Source of the DNA: Alphaproteobacteria bacterium
Lineage (GTDB): Bacteria; Pseudomonadota; Alphaproteobacteria; Reyranellales; Reyranellaceae
Length of the DNA: 64,000 bases
Assembly (NCBI GenBank): GCA_010032545.1
Contig: RGPT01000001.1
Location: 16,264-80,263, forward strand
Direction of reading: 5' to 3'
Shown here: positions 7,714-16,846 of the stretch, in pieces
Numbering within the stretch: position 1 is the stretch's first letter
How the letters are laid out: each line of letters begins with the position of its first letter
Notes under the pieces: generated by a model
What the model was told of the DNA's origin: nothing
Seen by the model: the letters and a program-made list of their open reading frames with translations, nothing else
The model's database searches: none
Made by a program: the position numbers and the translations under genes

Positions 7714-8973
7714 ATGGTATCGCGTCGTGCCTTCCTCAAGCTAGCCGGCGCCGTCGGTCTCGCGACGCCATCGCTCGCTTCGGCGCAGGGCGCGGGCCGC
7801 GTCGTTGTCGTGGGGGGCGGCTTCGGTGGCGCCACGGCGGCGCGGACGCTGAAGCAGCTCGATCCCAGGCTCGCCGTCACCCTGGTCGAGCCCAATCCGG
7901 TCTACACCTCCTGCCCCTTCAGCAACTCGGTGCTCGCCAACCTGCGCGAGATCTCGCAACAGGAGTTCGGCTACGACGGCATCAAGCGCGCCGGTGTGAC
8001 CGTGGCTGCAACCAGCGCGACGGCGGTCGACGCAGCGGCCAGGACGGTGGCGCTCGCCGATGGCAACCGGCTCTCCTACGACCGACTGGTGCTCTCGCCC
8101 GGCATCGACTTCGACTGGGGCGCGATCCCCGGCTACGACGAGGCGGCGACCCGGAAGATGCCGCACGCCTGGAAGGCCGGCAGCCAGACCGTGCTGCTAC
8201 GCCAGCAGCTCCAGGACATGAAGGACGGCGGCCTTGTGGTCATGTCGGCGCCGGCCAATCCCTTCCGCTGTCCGCCGGGCCCTTACGAACGCGCCAGTCT
8301 GATCGCGTACTGGCTAAAAATCTGGAAGCCGAAGTCCAAGCTGCTGCTGCTCGACTCCAAGGACGCCTTCTCCAAGCAGCGCCTGTTCCAGAATGGGTGG
8401 GCGGAACTCTATCCTGGCATGATCGAGTGGGTGCCGCTCAGCAAGGGCGGCAAGGTGACATCGGTCGATCCTGCCACGCTGACGCTGCTGACCGAGTTCG
8501 GCCGCCACACGGCCGACGTGGCCAACGTGATCCCGCCGCAGAAGGCCGGCGCCATTGCCGCCAAAGCGGGTGTGGCCGACCGCACGGGCTGGTGCCCGGT
8601 CGAGCCGGTGGCGTTCGAGTCGGTCCTGCAACGCGGCATCCATGTGCTGGGCGACGCTGCCATCATGGGCGCGATGCCCAAGTCGGCCTTCGCGGCCAAC
8701 GCCCAGGCAAAGGTCTGCGCTGCAGCCATCGTCGAGTTGCTGGCCGGGCGGGCGCCGCAACAGCCGCTGCTGATCAACACCTGCTACAGCCTGCTGGCGG
8801 CCGACTACGGCATCTCGATCGCCGGCGTCTATCGCCCCGACAAGGGCCTGCTCACGGACGTTCCGGGCGCCGGCGGCGTGAGCGCACTTGATGCGGTGGG
8901 CGGCCTGCGCGGCCGGGAAGCGCTCTATGCCGCGAGCTGGTTCCGCGCCATCGCGGCCGAAACCTTCGGCTGA
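7714..8973 (+). CDS. Flavocytochrome c sulfide dehydrogenase flavoprotein subunit (FccB/SoxF-like)
   Basis: SRRAFLK Tat leader, GGGFGG FAD motif, both redox cysteines (FRCPPGPYER, NTCYS). Confidence 0.92.
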   Translation: MVSRRAFLKLAGAVGLATPSLASAQGAGRVVVVGGGFGGATAARTLKQLDPRLAVTLVEPNPVYTSCPFSNSVLANLREISQQEFGYDGIKRAGVTVAATSATAVDAAARTVALADGNRLSYDRLVLSPGIDFDWGAIPGYDEAATRKMPHAWKAGSQTVLLRQQLQDMKDGGLVVMSAPANPFRCPPGPYERASLIAYWLKIWKPKSKLLLLDSKDAFSKQRLFQNGWAELYPGMIEWVPLSKGGKVTSVDPATLTLLTEFGRHTADVANVIPPQKAGAIAAKAGVADRTGWCPVEPVAFESVLQRGIHVLGDAAIMGAMPKSAFAANAQAKVCAAAIVELLAGRAPQQPLLINTCYSLLAADYGISIAGVYRPDKGLLTDVPGAGGVSALDAVGGLRGREALYAASWFRAIAAETFG

Positions 8974-8977
8974 CGCC

Positions 8978-9406
8978 ATGATGCGCATGAGTCTGCTCGC
9001 CACCGCTTTGGCACTCGCCGGGCCCCCGGCAATGGCCCAGCAGGTCGTCGGCGATGCTATCCCGGCCTCGCTCACCGGCCAGCCGGGCGACCCCGCCCGC
9101 GGCCGCGCCATCGTCGCCAGCCGCAGTACGGGGCTTTGCCTGCTGTGCCATGCCGGTCCGATCGCCGAGGAGCGCTTCCAGGGCGATCTGGCGCCGACCC
9201 TCGCCGGCGCGGGATCGCGCTGGTCGGAGGGCCAGTTGCGGCTGCGCATCGTCGACGGCTCGCGTCTCAATGCAGACACGATCATGCCGCCCTACTATCG
9301 GGCAAGCGGCCTGAATCGGGTCGCCCGCGCCTTCGAGGGCAAGACAATCCTGTCGGCCGGCCAGGTCGAGGATGTCGTGGCCTACCTTGCAACCCTGAAG
9401 GATTGA
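8978..9406 (+). CDS. soxX: SoxX-type monoheme cytochrome c
   Basis: GDPARGRAIV...CLLCH...GDLAPTL...LRLRIVD...TIMP pattern. Confidence 0.88.
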   Translation: MMRMSLLATALALAGPPAMAQQVVGDAIPASLTGQPGDPARGRAIVASRSTGLCLLCHAGPIAEERFQGDLAPTLAGAGSRWSEGQLRLRIVDGSRLNADTIMPPYYRASGLNRVARAFEGKTILSAGQVEDVVAYLATLKD

Positions 9407-9862
9407 ATGGATCGACGTCGTTTCCTTGCCGGTGCCGCGGTGGCCACCATGGTCACCACCGTCTTGCCATGTGGTCCCGCGTCGGCGACGCCCGAAGCCA
9501 TGGCGGCTGCCATCGCGAAGGTCGTGGGCAACGCTCCGGTCCGCGAGGGGCGCGTCAGCCTCGATCTGCCGCCGCTGGTCGAGAACGGCAACACCGTGCC
9601 CCTGGTGGTCTCGGTCGAGAGCCCGATGACCGAGGCCGATTACATCAAGGCGATCCACGTTTTCAACGAGAAGAATCCGCAGCCCGACGTCTTCTCCGTC
9701 CGGCTCGGACCGCGCAACGGCCGCGCGGTCGTCGGCACGCGCATCAAGCTGGGCGACAGCCAGAAGATCGTAGCCATCGCCGAGACCTCGGGCGGGCAGT
9801 TCTGGAGCGCCAGCGCCGACGTGATCGTGACGCTTGCCGCCTGCCTCGAGGAGGCAACCTGA
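9407..9862 (+). CDS. SoxY-related carrier protein with AACLE arm (not canonical GGCGG)
   Basis: DRRRFL Tat leader; LVENGNTVP, IHVFNEKNPQP, TRIKL; C-terminus VIVTLAACLEEAT. Confidence 0.9.
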   Translation: MDRRRFLAGAAVATMVTTVLPCGPASATPEAMAAAIAKVVGNAPVREGRVSLDLPPLVENGNTVPLVVSVESPMTEADYIKAIHVFNEKNPQPDVFSVRLGPRNGRAVVGTRIKLGDSQKIVAIAETSGGQFWSASADVIVTLAACLEEAT

Positions 9863-10182
9863 TGGTCAACGTTCTGATCAACGCGCCAAAGACGGCCAAA
9901 CGCGGCTCGATCGTCGAGATCAAGGCGCTGATCCTGCATCCCATGGAGACCGGCTTCCGGCCCGGCGCGAACGGCCGGATCATCCCGCGCAACATCATCG
10001 AGCGTTTCACCGCGACGTGGAACGGAACCGGGATCTTCGACATGGAAATGTCGCCCGCGATCGCCGCCAATCCGTTCGTTTCCTTCTTTGCCGTCGCGAA
10101 CGAGAGCGGCACGATCGGCCTGCGCTGGACCGGCGACGAAGGCTTCGTCGTCGAGGAGCGGATCGGCATTGCCGTCGAATGA
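9862..10182 (+). CDS. soxZ: SoxZ-type carrier complex partner
   Basis: EIKALILHPMETGFR...IPRNII...AIAANPFVSF; TGATG overlap with the SoxY-like gene. Confidence 0.9.
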   Translation: MVNVLINAPKTAKRGSIVEIKALILHPMETGFRPGANGRIIPRNIIERFTATWNGTGIFDMEMSPAIAANPFVSFFAVANESGTIGLRWTGDEGFVVEERIGIAVE

Positions 10183-10967
10183 CGTTCGTGCGGGGCGTGC
10201 TTTGTCTCGTGATCGTCCTCGCCTCGTCCTGGGCGGTCGCGCAGGGCACCGCGGACAAGGGCGGGGCCGATACGCGGCGCTCCGGCTATCAGGACATGGG
10301 CGAGGCGCTGCAGAAGATGCAGGCCGACGATACGGCCAATCCTGGCATGTTGTTCGTGCAACTGGGCGGCCAACTTTGGGGGAAGGCCGCGGGTGCGGCC
10401 GGGAAGTCCTGCGCCGATTGCCACGGCGGCGTTGCCAGCATGAAGGGAGTCGCCGCGCGCTACCCGGCCATCCCCAAGGGCAGCGACTCGCCGGTAGATC
10501 TCGAGGGCCGGATCGATCTCTGCCGCACGGCCAACCAGCAGGCCGATAGACTGCCGTCTGGAAGCCGGGAGCTGCTGGCGCTCGAGGCCTATGTCGCGCA
10601 CCAGTCGCGGGGATTGCCGGTCTCGCCGCCGGACGATCCGCGCCTCGCGCCGTTCCGTGCCCACGGCAAGGACCTCTGGCAGGCCCGCCAGGGTCAGCTC
10701 AACCTGTCCTGCGCGAACTGCCACGACGACAATGCCGGCCGGAAGCTCGCCGGTGTCACAATCCCTCAAGCCCATCCCACGGGCTACCCGATCTACCGGC
10801 TCGAATGGCAGACGCTGGGTTCGCTCAAGCGTCGCCTGCGCAATTGCCTTGTCGGCATCCGGGCCGAGCCTTACGCCTACGATGCCCCCGACTATGTCAT
10901 GCTCGAGCTGTTCCTCATGGACCGTGCGAGGGGCATGCCGCTCGAATCGCCGGCCGTGAGGCCCTAG
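10179..10967 (+). CDS. soxA: Diheme SoxA-type c cytochrome
   Basis: CADCH and CANCH heme motifs; HPTGYPIYRLEWQTLGSLKRRLRNC active-site segment; ATGA overlap with soxZ. Confidence 0.92.
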   Translation: MTFVRGVLCLVIVLASSWAVAQGTADKGGADTRRSGYQDMGEALQKMQADDTANPGMLFVQLGGQLWGKAAGAAGKSCADCHGGVASMKGVAARYPAIPKGSDSPVDLEGRIDLCRTANQQADRLPSGSRELLALEAYVAHQSRGLPVSPPDDPRLAPFRAHGKDLWQARQGQLNLSCANCHDDNAGRKLAGVTIPQAHPTGYPIYRLEWQTLGSLKRRLRNCLVGIRAEPYAYDAPDYVMLELFLMDRARGMPLESPAVRP

Positions 10968-10976
10968 ACTGAAGCC

Positions 10977-11933
10977 ATGGCCCGCTTCGGACGCCGCTCC
11001 CTGCTCGCAACCTTGCCCGGACTCGCGTTCGTGAATGCTCCGGCGGGTGCGCAGGAGATGCCCCTCAAGCTGGGCACTGCCACAGCGGGCGGCGGCTTCC
11101 CGGTCTATGGCGCGGCCTTCATCGGGGCGCTCAGGATCGCCGACCCGACGCTGGAGATCGATGAGGTCAACACCAAGGGCAGCACCGAGAACGTGCCGCT
11201 GCTCGAGGACGGCAAGCTCGACCTTGCCCTGGTGCAAGGCGAAGTGGCACAGGAAGTCTTCTCGGGCGCAGGCCGGCCGCCGACGGCACTCAAGGTCGTC
11301 ACTGCCATGTACGCCTCGCCCGGCATGTTCGTCGTGCGCGCCGACAGTCGCTACTACAGCATCGCCGACCTCAAGGGCCAACCCGTCGCCTGGGGCGCGC
11401 GCGGTTCCGGCCTCGTCATCCTGGGCCGCAACGTGGTGGACGGTATCGGCCTCGATGCCACGAAGGATTTCGAACCGGTCTATCTCGATCGCGCCGGCGA
11501 CGGTCCGGCGATGGTCATCGATGGCCAGGTGGCCGCCCTGTGGGGCGGCGGCGTCCGCTGGCCGGGCTTCGTTGCCGTCGCCAACAGCCCGGCCGGTGCG
11601 CGCTTCCTCGTGCCCGATACCGGCGAGATCGAACGTATCCTGGCCAAGTACGGCTTCCTGAGACGCCTCACGGTGCCGGCGGGTATGTATCGTGGCCAGG
11701 GCGAACCGCTAGAGACAGTGGGGTCCTGGAGTTTTGTGCTGGCGCGGCCCGGATTTCCTGACGGCGTCGGTCATCGGCTGGCCGCCGCGCTGATCAAGGT
11801 CGAGCGCCTTCGCCTGGAGTCCAAGCAGCTCTCGGAAACGACGGCCAGGAACACGCTGGCGGCTCTGCCGCGGCCCGGGTCTCTGCAGCCGGGGGTCGAG
11901 GCGTACTACAGGGAAATCGGCCTGTTGCCGTAG
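10977..11933 (+). CDS. TAXI family TRAP solute-binding protein
   Basis: LGTATAGGGFPVYG, TKGSTENV, IADLKG..VAWGARGSG. Confidence 0.88.
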   Translation: MARFGRRSLLATLPGLAFVNAPAGAQEMPLKLGTATAGGGFPVYGAAFIGALRIADPTLEIDEVNTKGSTENVPLLEDGKLDLALVQGEVAQEVFSGAGRPPTALKVVTAMYASPGMFVVRADSRYYSIADLKGQPVAWGARGSGLVILGRNVVDGIGLDATKDFEPVYLDRAGDGPAMVIDGQVAALWGGGVRWPGFVAVANSPAGARFLVPDTGEIERILAKYGFLRRLTVPAGMYRGQGEPLETVGSWSFVLARPGFPDGVGHRLAAALIKVERLRLESKQLSETTARNTLAALPRPGSLQPGVEAYYREIGLLP

Positions 11934-11949
11934 CGGCGACGATCGCTCT

Positions 11950-12099
11950 CTATGCCTTCGGTGTCGGGCGCGTCTTCGAGGGACGGCTGGCAGACTTTCG
12001 GGGGCTCGCGTCGGCCGCCGCCTTGTCTTCGCGCTGCTTGTCGGCTTCGGCCCGCAGTTCGGCCCGGCGGGCCTCGATGAGACGATTGGTCGGTGCCAT
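11950..12099 (-). CDS. Small charged hypothetical protein (49 aa), below the ORF-track cutoff
   Basis: MAPTNRLIEARRAELRAEADKQREDKAAADASPRKSASRPSKTRPTPKA; CGGAGA upstream; fills the gap convergent to the TAXI gene. Confidence 0.55.
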   Translation of the reverse strand: MAPTNRLIEARRAELRAEADKQREDKAAADASPRKSASRPSKTRPTPKA

Positions 12100-12281
12100 C
12101 GCGACAGATCTCCGCTGGTAGCTGTCCCGGTGGAGCGTAATTCAGCCGGTTCGTGCCGTCATCGCCGGAAGGTGAAAATTCTTCTGGAAGGCTTTGTCAG
12201 GGTTTTTTCTCCCATGGAGCCGAACCAAATAGAACGCCGGTTTCATTGCCCGCGCGGCGCGGCGGCCCCTAGACTTGGCTC

Positions 12282-12554
12282 ATGCTCGACCTTGCCAGCA
12301 CCATCGTTGCCCGCGCGGCCCGCGTGCTGTTTGCCGACCATGACGGGTCGGCCCTCTGGACCATTTCGGTCGGGCCGCGCGTGGTCGGCGCGTTGCGATG
12401 CGACGAAGGCGTCTACCGTCTTGTCTGGTTCCATGGCGCCGACCCGCGGCTCGCCGCCCATAGCGGACCGCTGGACCAGGATGTCGATGGGCTGGCAGCC
12501 GCGCTCGGCGCCCGGATCGGCCAACCGGTGCACCTCGAATTGCTCACCACCTGA
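12282..12554 (+). CDS. Hypothetical protein (90 aa)
   Basis: ATG start, globular-looking composition, fills the gap before the Lrp gene; no motif recognised. Confidence 0.6.
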   Translation: MLDLASTIVARAARVLFADHDGSALWTISVGPRVVGALRCDEGVYRLVWFHGADPRLAAHSGPLDQDVDGLAAALGARIGQPVHLELLTT

Positions 12555-12621
12555 ACCCGCTATAGAGAAATATGAACGCCGCGCCGCCAGGGTCCGGTGG
12601 CCTGCCACGGATGCATAAGAA

Positions 12622-13113
12622 ATGGATGCGATCGACCGGAAGATCGTGGTGCTCCTCCAGGAGGACGCAAGCCTGTCGCTGGCGCAGATCGCGCATCGCG
12701 TAGGGCTGTCGCAAAGCCCTTGCTGGAAGCGTATCCAGCGCCTGGAAAAGACCGGGGTGATCCTCAAGCGCGTGGCGCTGATCTCGCCTGAATCGATCGG
12801 CGTGGGTCTCACCGTGTTCGTCTCGATCGAAACCGGAGACCATTCTTCGGCTTGGCTGGCGAAGTTCGCACAGACCGTGACGGCCATGCCCGAGGTCATG
12901 GAGTTCCATCGCATGGCAGGCGACATCGACTACATGTTGCGCGTGGCAGTGCCCGACATGCAGGCCTATGACGCATTCTACAAGCGCCTGATCGACACGA
13001 TGCCCCTCAAGAACGTGACCTCGCGCTTCTCCATGGAGCGCGTCAAATCCACCACGGCCTATCCATTGCCGGCTGAGCCGCGCAGCCCGACGGCGGGCAA
13101 GAAGAAGCTCTGA
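12622..13113 (+). CDS. Lrp/AsnC family transcriptional regulator (DecR-like)
   Basis: MDAIDRKIV..LQED...GLSQSPCWKRIQRLE HTH; FHRMAGDIDYMLRV. Confidence 0.93.
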   Translation: MDAIDRKIVVLLQEDASLSLAQIAHRVGLSQSPCWKRIQRLEKTGVILKRVALISPESIGVGLTVFVSIETGDHSSAWLAKFAQTVTAMPEVMEFHRMAGDIDYMLRVAVPDMQAYDAFYKRLIDTMPLKNVTSRFSMERVKSTTAYPLPAEPRSPTAGKKKL

Positions 13114-13198
13114 CCCTCCGCCACGCGGCCCAAGGGCCTTCCGGCGGGGTCGGTCCGGGGTTACCGTCGGGCGGCAAGTTCCACCCAGGAGCGTTTCC

Positions 13199-13996
13199 AT
13201 GACCGTGCACGCCCTCAAGTCCGCAAAAGTTGCCCATCTCGGCTCGCAGGTAACGCCGGAGGAATGGCAGGCCCGTGTCGACCTGGCCGCTTGCTACCGC
13301 CTGATCGCGCACTACGGCATGTCCGACCTGATCGCCAACCATATCTCGATGCGCGTCCCGGGCGAGCCCCATGCGTTCCTGATCAACGCCTATGGTCTGC
13401 TCTACGAGGAAATCACCGCCTCGAGCCTGCTCAAGATCGATCACGAGGGCAACATCCTCGCCAAGCCGGAGTTCCCCGACGGCCTCGACTACGGCGTCAA
13501 CCGGGCAGGCTTCGTCATCCACTCCGCGATCCACATGGCCAAGCCCGAGGTCAACTGCATCATCCATACCCACACCTATGCCGGCATGGCGGTTTCGACC
13601 CTGGAATGCGGGCTGCTGCCGAACACCCAGACTTCCATGCGCTTCGCCAAGATCAGCTATCACGACTATACCGGCGTGGTGCTCGACACCGCCGAGCGCG
13701 AGGCGCTGGCCAGGAGCTTGGGCGACAACAACGCGCTCATCCTGCGCAATCATGGCCTGCTGACCACGGGGGCCACCATTCCCGAGGCGTTCAACGCCAT
13801 GCACAGGCTCGAACTTTCCTGCAAAACCCAGATCGCCGCCATGTCGTGCAACACGCAGATGCTGCGCGTGCCGGAGAAGGTGGTCGAAGACACCTACACC
13901 ATGTACCAGCCCAAGACGCGCCGGCCGTTCGGCCTGCTCGACTGGCCGGCGTTGTTGAGGAAGCTCGATCGCATGGATCCGAGCTTCCGCGACTGA
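13199..13996 (+). CDS. Class II aldolase/adducin family protein
   Basis: NHISMRVP, GFVIHSAIH, IHTH, LRNHGLL. Confidence 0.92.
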   Translation: MTVHALKSAKVAHLGSQVTPEEWQARVDLAACYRLIAHYGMSDLIANHISMRVPGEPHAFLINAYGLLYEEITASSLLKIDHEGNILAKPEFPDGLDYGVNRAGFVIHSAIHMAKPEVNCIIHTHTYAGMAVSTLECGLLPNTQTSMRFAKISYHDYTGVVLDTAEREALARSLGDNNALILRNHGLLTTGATIPEAFNAMHRLELSCKTQIAAMSCNTQMLRVPEKVVEDTYTMYQPKTRRPFGLLDWPALLRKLDRMDPSFRD

Positions 13997-14162
13997 TCTG
14001 GAAGAGCCGCAAAGCCCGGTATTGAGCGGAGACCGAACGGCTCCTTGGCCTGGCGTCTGGAGTCGCGATCGCTTTGCCGCGCACGACGATAGGGCGGGGA
14101 GATTCACATTCTGCGCGTCGCGGGGAGGTGACCCGTTCTGCTGGGTGGACGGGCCCTGGACT

Positions 14163-15329
14163 TCACGCCGCCTTCGGTTTGCCGAGCAGGTGGTCCGAGA
14201 TGATGCGCTGCTGGATCTCCGATGTGCCTTCGAAGATCTTGGTGAGGCGCGCATCGCGCCAATAGCGTTCGACGGCATGCAGCGTCGTGTAGCCCGCGCC
14301 GCCGAACACCTGCAGCGCCTCTGACGTCACGCGCTCGGCCATCTCGGAGGCAAAGAACTTCACCATCGCCGCTTCCTTGTCGCAGCGGCGCTTCTGGTCG
14401 ATTTCGTCGCAGACGAAGTACATAAGCTGGCGCGCCGCCTCGATCTCGGTTGCCATCCTGGCAAGCCGAAAGCGCGTGTTCTGAAAGTCGCCGATCGCCT
14501 GGCCGAACTGCCGGCGCTCCTGGGCGTAGGCAGTGGCGTCTTCCAGCGCGCCGCGGGCAAGGCCGATGGCGCGGGCCGCCGTGTGGGCGCGAGCGCGCTC
14601 GAGGCCAGCGGAGATGTAGTAGAAGGCGCGGCCTTCCTCGCCGATCAGGGCGGAGGCGGGCAGGCGGCAATCGTCGAAGGCGAGCTCCCAAGTCTTCCAG
14701 CCGAAGTAGCCGATCTTGGGAATGGGCGCGCCCTTCACCCCCTTGGGCAGCTGGCCGCGCGGCTTCTCGATCAGGAACGACGAGAGGCCGACGTGCTTGC
14801 GCTTGGGGTCGGGCGCATCGGACGTGCGTGCCACCAGCATGATGTAGTCGGCACCGTCCGCGAAGGTGCACCAGTATTTGTTGCCGTTGACCACCCAGTC
14901 GTCGCCGTCCTTGCGCGCCCGGCAGGAGATGCTGCCGAGATCCGACCCCACATTCGGTTCCGACATGGCGGCGGCGCCCAGGAATTCGCCTCGCGCGGCG
15001 CGCGGCAGAAACACCTTGCGCTGGGCGTCGGTCATGCCACGGCCGGCGGAGAGGCCGTTGCCGCGGGCGATGATGGAGGCCACGCTCATCCAGGCGCGCG
15101 CCAGCTCCTCCGTGATCAGGCAATATTCGAAGACGCCGAGGCCCATGCCGCCGTGCTCCTCGGGGATGACGATGCCGAAATAGCCCATGTCGGCCAGCTT
15201 CTGGATCAGCTCGGGCGGGATGTCGCCCTTCTCGGGATCGAGCTTGTTGGCGACCGGCAGCACTTCTTTCATCGCGAAGGCGCGCGCCGTCTCCTGGATC
15301 ATGCGGCGCTCGTCGGTCATGTAGCCCAT
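14163..15329 (-). CDS. Acyl-CoA dehydrogenase
   Basis: AMSEPNVGSD, NGNKYWCT, RRQFGQAI, FGGAGY, RDARLTKIFEGTSEIQ. Confidence 0.95.
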   Translation of the reverse strand: MGYMTDERRMIQETARAFAMKEVLPVANKLDPEKGDIPPELIQKLADMGYFGIVIPEEHGGMGLGVFEYCLITEELARAWMSVASIIARGNGLSAGRGMTDAQRKVFLPRAARGEFLGAAAMSEPNVGSDLGSISCRARKDGDDWVVNGNKYWCTFADGADYIMLVARTSDAPDPKRKHVGLSSFLIEKPRGQLPKGVKGAPIPKIGYFGWKTWELAFDDCRLPASALIGEEGRAFYYISAGLERARAHTAARAIGLARGALEDATAYAQERRQFGQAIGDFQNTRFRLARMATEIEAARQLMYFVCDEIDQKRRCDKEAAMVKFFASEMAERVTSEALQVFGGAGYTTLHAVERYWRDARLTKIFEGTSEIQQRIISDHLLGKPKAA

Positions 15330-15381
15330 GGTATTTCCCCGTTTCTTGCATCAGCATAGTAGCGAATTTGGGAGACCTCGA

Positions 15382-16371
15382 ATGATTAGAAGATTGTCCT
15401 GCGCGGCAGTGCTGTTCCTCTCTGCGGCTTCGATCGTCGTGCCCGCCACCGCGCAAGCACAGGCGTCCGATTGGCCATCGCGTCCGATCACCATCGTCAT
15501 GGGCTTCCCGCCGGGGGCCGGCACCGACGTGGTGGCGCGCGTCCTGCAGCCGCTGCTCGACAAGGCGCTCAACCAGCGCATCGTCATGGACTACAAGGCC
15601 GGCGCCGGCGGCAACATCGCGTCCGATTTCGTGGCGAACGCCAAGCCCGACGGCTACACGTTTCTGCTCGGCACCGCGGGCACTCACGGCATCAACGCCG
15701 CGCTCTATGGCAAGCTCACCTTCGACGTCGAGAACGACTTCACGCCGGTGTCCACGCTGGTCGACGTCTCCAACGTGCTGATGATCAATCCCAAGGCGAT
15801 CGACGCAAAGGACCTGAAGGATTTCATCGCCAAGGTGAAGGCGGCGCCAGGCAAGTACAACTACGCTTCGACCGGCAACGGCGCGGGCACGCATCTCGCC
15901 TTCGCCGAGTTCAATGCCAAAGCCGGCCTCGACATGGTGCATGTGCCCTACAAGGGCTCGCCCGATGCCGTGCAGTCGGTGTTGAACGGCGACACCTGCT
16001 GCCTGTTCGCCCAGGTGCAGATCGCGATCCCGCAGGCCAACGCCGGCAAGGTGAAGCTGCTGGGCGTGTCGACCAAGACCCGCGTGCCTGCGATCCCCGA
16101 CGTGCCGACGGTCGACGAGGCGGGCCTGCCGGGCTTCGAGAGCTACACCTGGTTCGGCATCTTCGGACCCAAGGGCCTCGATCCCGCCATCGCGCAGAAG
16201 ATGAACCTCGCGATCAAGACGGCGCTCGCCGATCCCGACGCGCAGAAGAAGCTGATCGAGCTCGGCAACACGCCGCGCTACGAGACGGTCGAGCAGTTCA
16301 AAGCGACGGTGAAGGCCAACCGTGCCAAGTGGGCCGAGGTGGTGAAGGCCGTCGGCGCCAAGATCGAGTGA
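15382..16371 (+). CDS. Bug/TctC family tripartite tricarboxylate transporter substrate-binding protein
   Basis: WPSRPITIVMGFPPGAGTD, GAGGNI, DGYT, HVPYKG; GGAGA RBS. Confidence 0.93.
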   Translation: MIRRLSCAAVLFLSAASIVVPATAQAQASDWPSRPITIVMGFPPGAGTDVVARVLQPLLDKALNQRIVMDYKAGAGGNIASDFVANAKPDGYTFLLGTAGTHGINAALYGKLTFDVENDFTPVSTLVDVSNVLMINPKAIDAKDLKDFIAKVKAAPGKYNYASTGNGAGTHLAFAEFNAKAGLDMVHVPYKGSPDAVQSVLNGDTCCLFAQVQIAIPQANAGKVKLLGVSTKTRVPAIPDVPTVDEAGLPGFESYTWFGIFGPKGLDPAIAQKMNLAIKTALADPDAQKKLIELGNTPRYETVEQFKATVKANRAKWAEVVKAVGAKIE

Positions 16372-16444
16372 CCGACGATCGAAGGTTCTGGACTGTGAGT
16401 CAGACGATGTCTGCGTGACAGGCACAAAGCTCCGGGAAGAAAAA

Positions 16445-16828
16445 ATGCAGATACGCGCGATCGATCACTTCGTCCTGGTGGTGCTGAGCATCGAGAAGAC
16501 GGTGAAGTTCTACAAGCAGGTGCTCGGTCTTGAGGCTCGCGAGATGGCGCCAGGACGCTGGTCGCTGCATTTCGGGAATCAGAAGATCAACCTTCAGCAG
16601 CTGCACGTCAGTGTTGATCCGCAGACCCGCCATCCCGCCAGAGGCGCAGGCGACTTCTGCCTGTTGACCGACACGCCGATTGCGGAAGTGGTCCGCCATC
16701 TTGCGGCACAAGGTGTGGCTGTCATCTGCGGTCCGATCCGGCGAACCGGCGCCACGGGCCCGCTATTGTCGGTCTATTTCTACGATCCCGACGAGAACCT
16801 TGTGGAAGTCAGTAACCTTGTCGACTGA
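16445..16828 (+). CDS. VOC/glyoxalase family protein
   Basis: IDHFVL...QKINLQ...GPIRRTGATGPLLSVYFYDPDENLVEV. Confidence 0.9.
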   Translation: MQIRAIDHFVLVVLSIEKTVKFYKQVLGLEAREMAPGRWSLHFGNQKINLQQLHVSVDPQTRHPARGAGDFCLLTDTPIAEVVRHLAAQGVAVICGPIRRTGATGPLLSVYFYDPDENLVEVSNLVD

Positions 16829-16846
16829 CATCGTTTGAGGTGCAGG

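Noticed and set aside
5170-11381. Long alternative-frame ORFs (5170..7521 -, 6300..8891 +, 9744..11381 -)
   Set aside because: Arg/Gly/Ala-rich shadows of real genes, expected in high-GC DNA.
1850-11933. Functional link between the selenoprotein and the Sox-like operon
   Set aside because: They are separated by a repeat, an unrelated peptidase gene and a 340-bp promoter region; proximity is the only evidence.
14104-16425. 773-aa minus-strand ORF
   Set aside because: Antisense and off-frame shadow of the Bug and acyl-CoA dehydrogenase genes.
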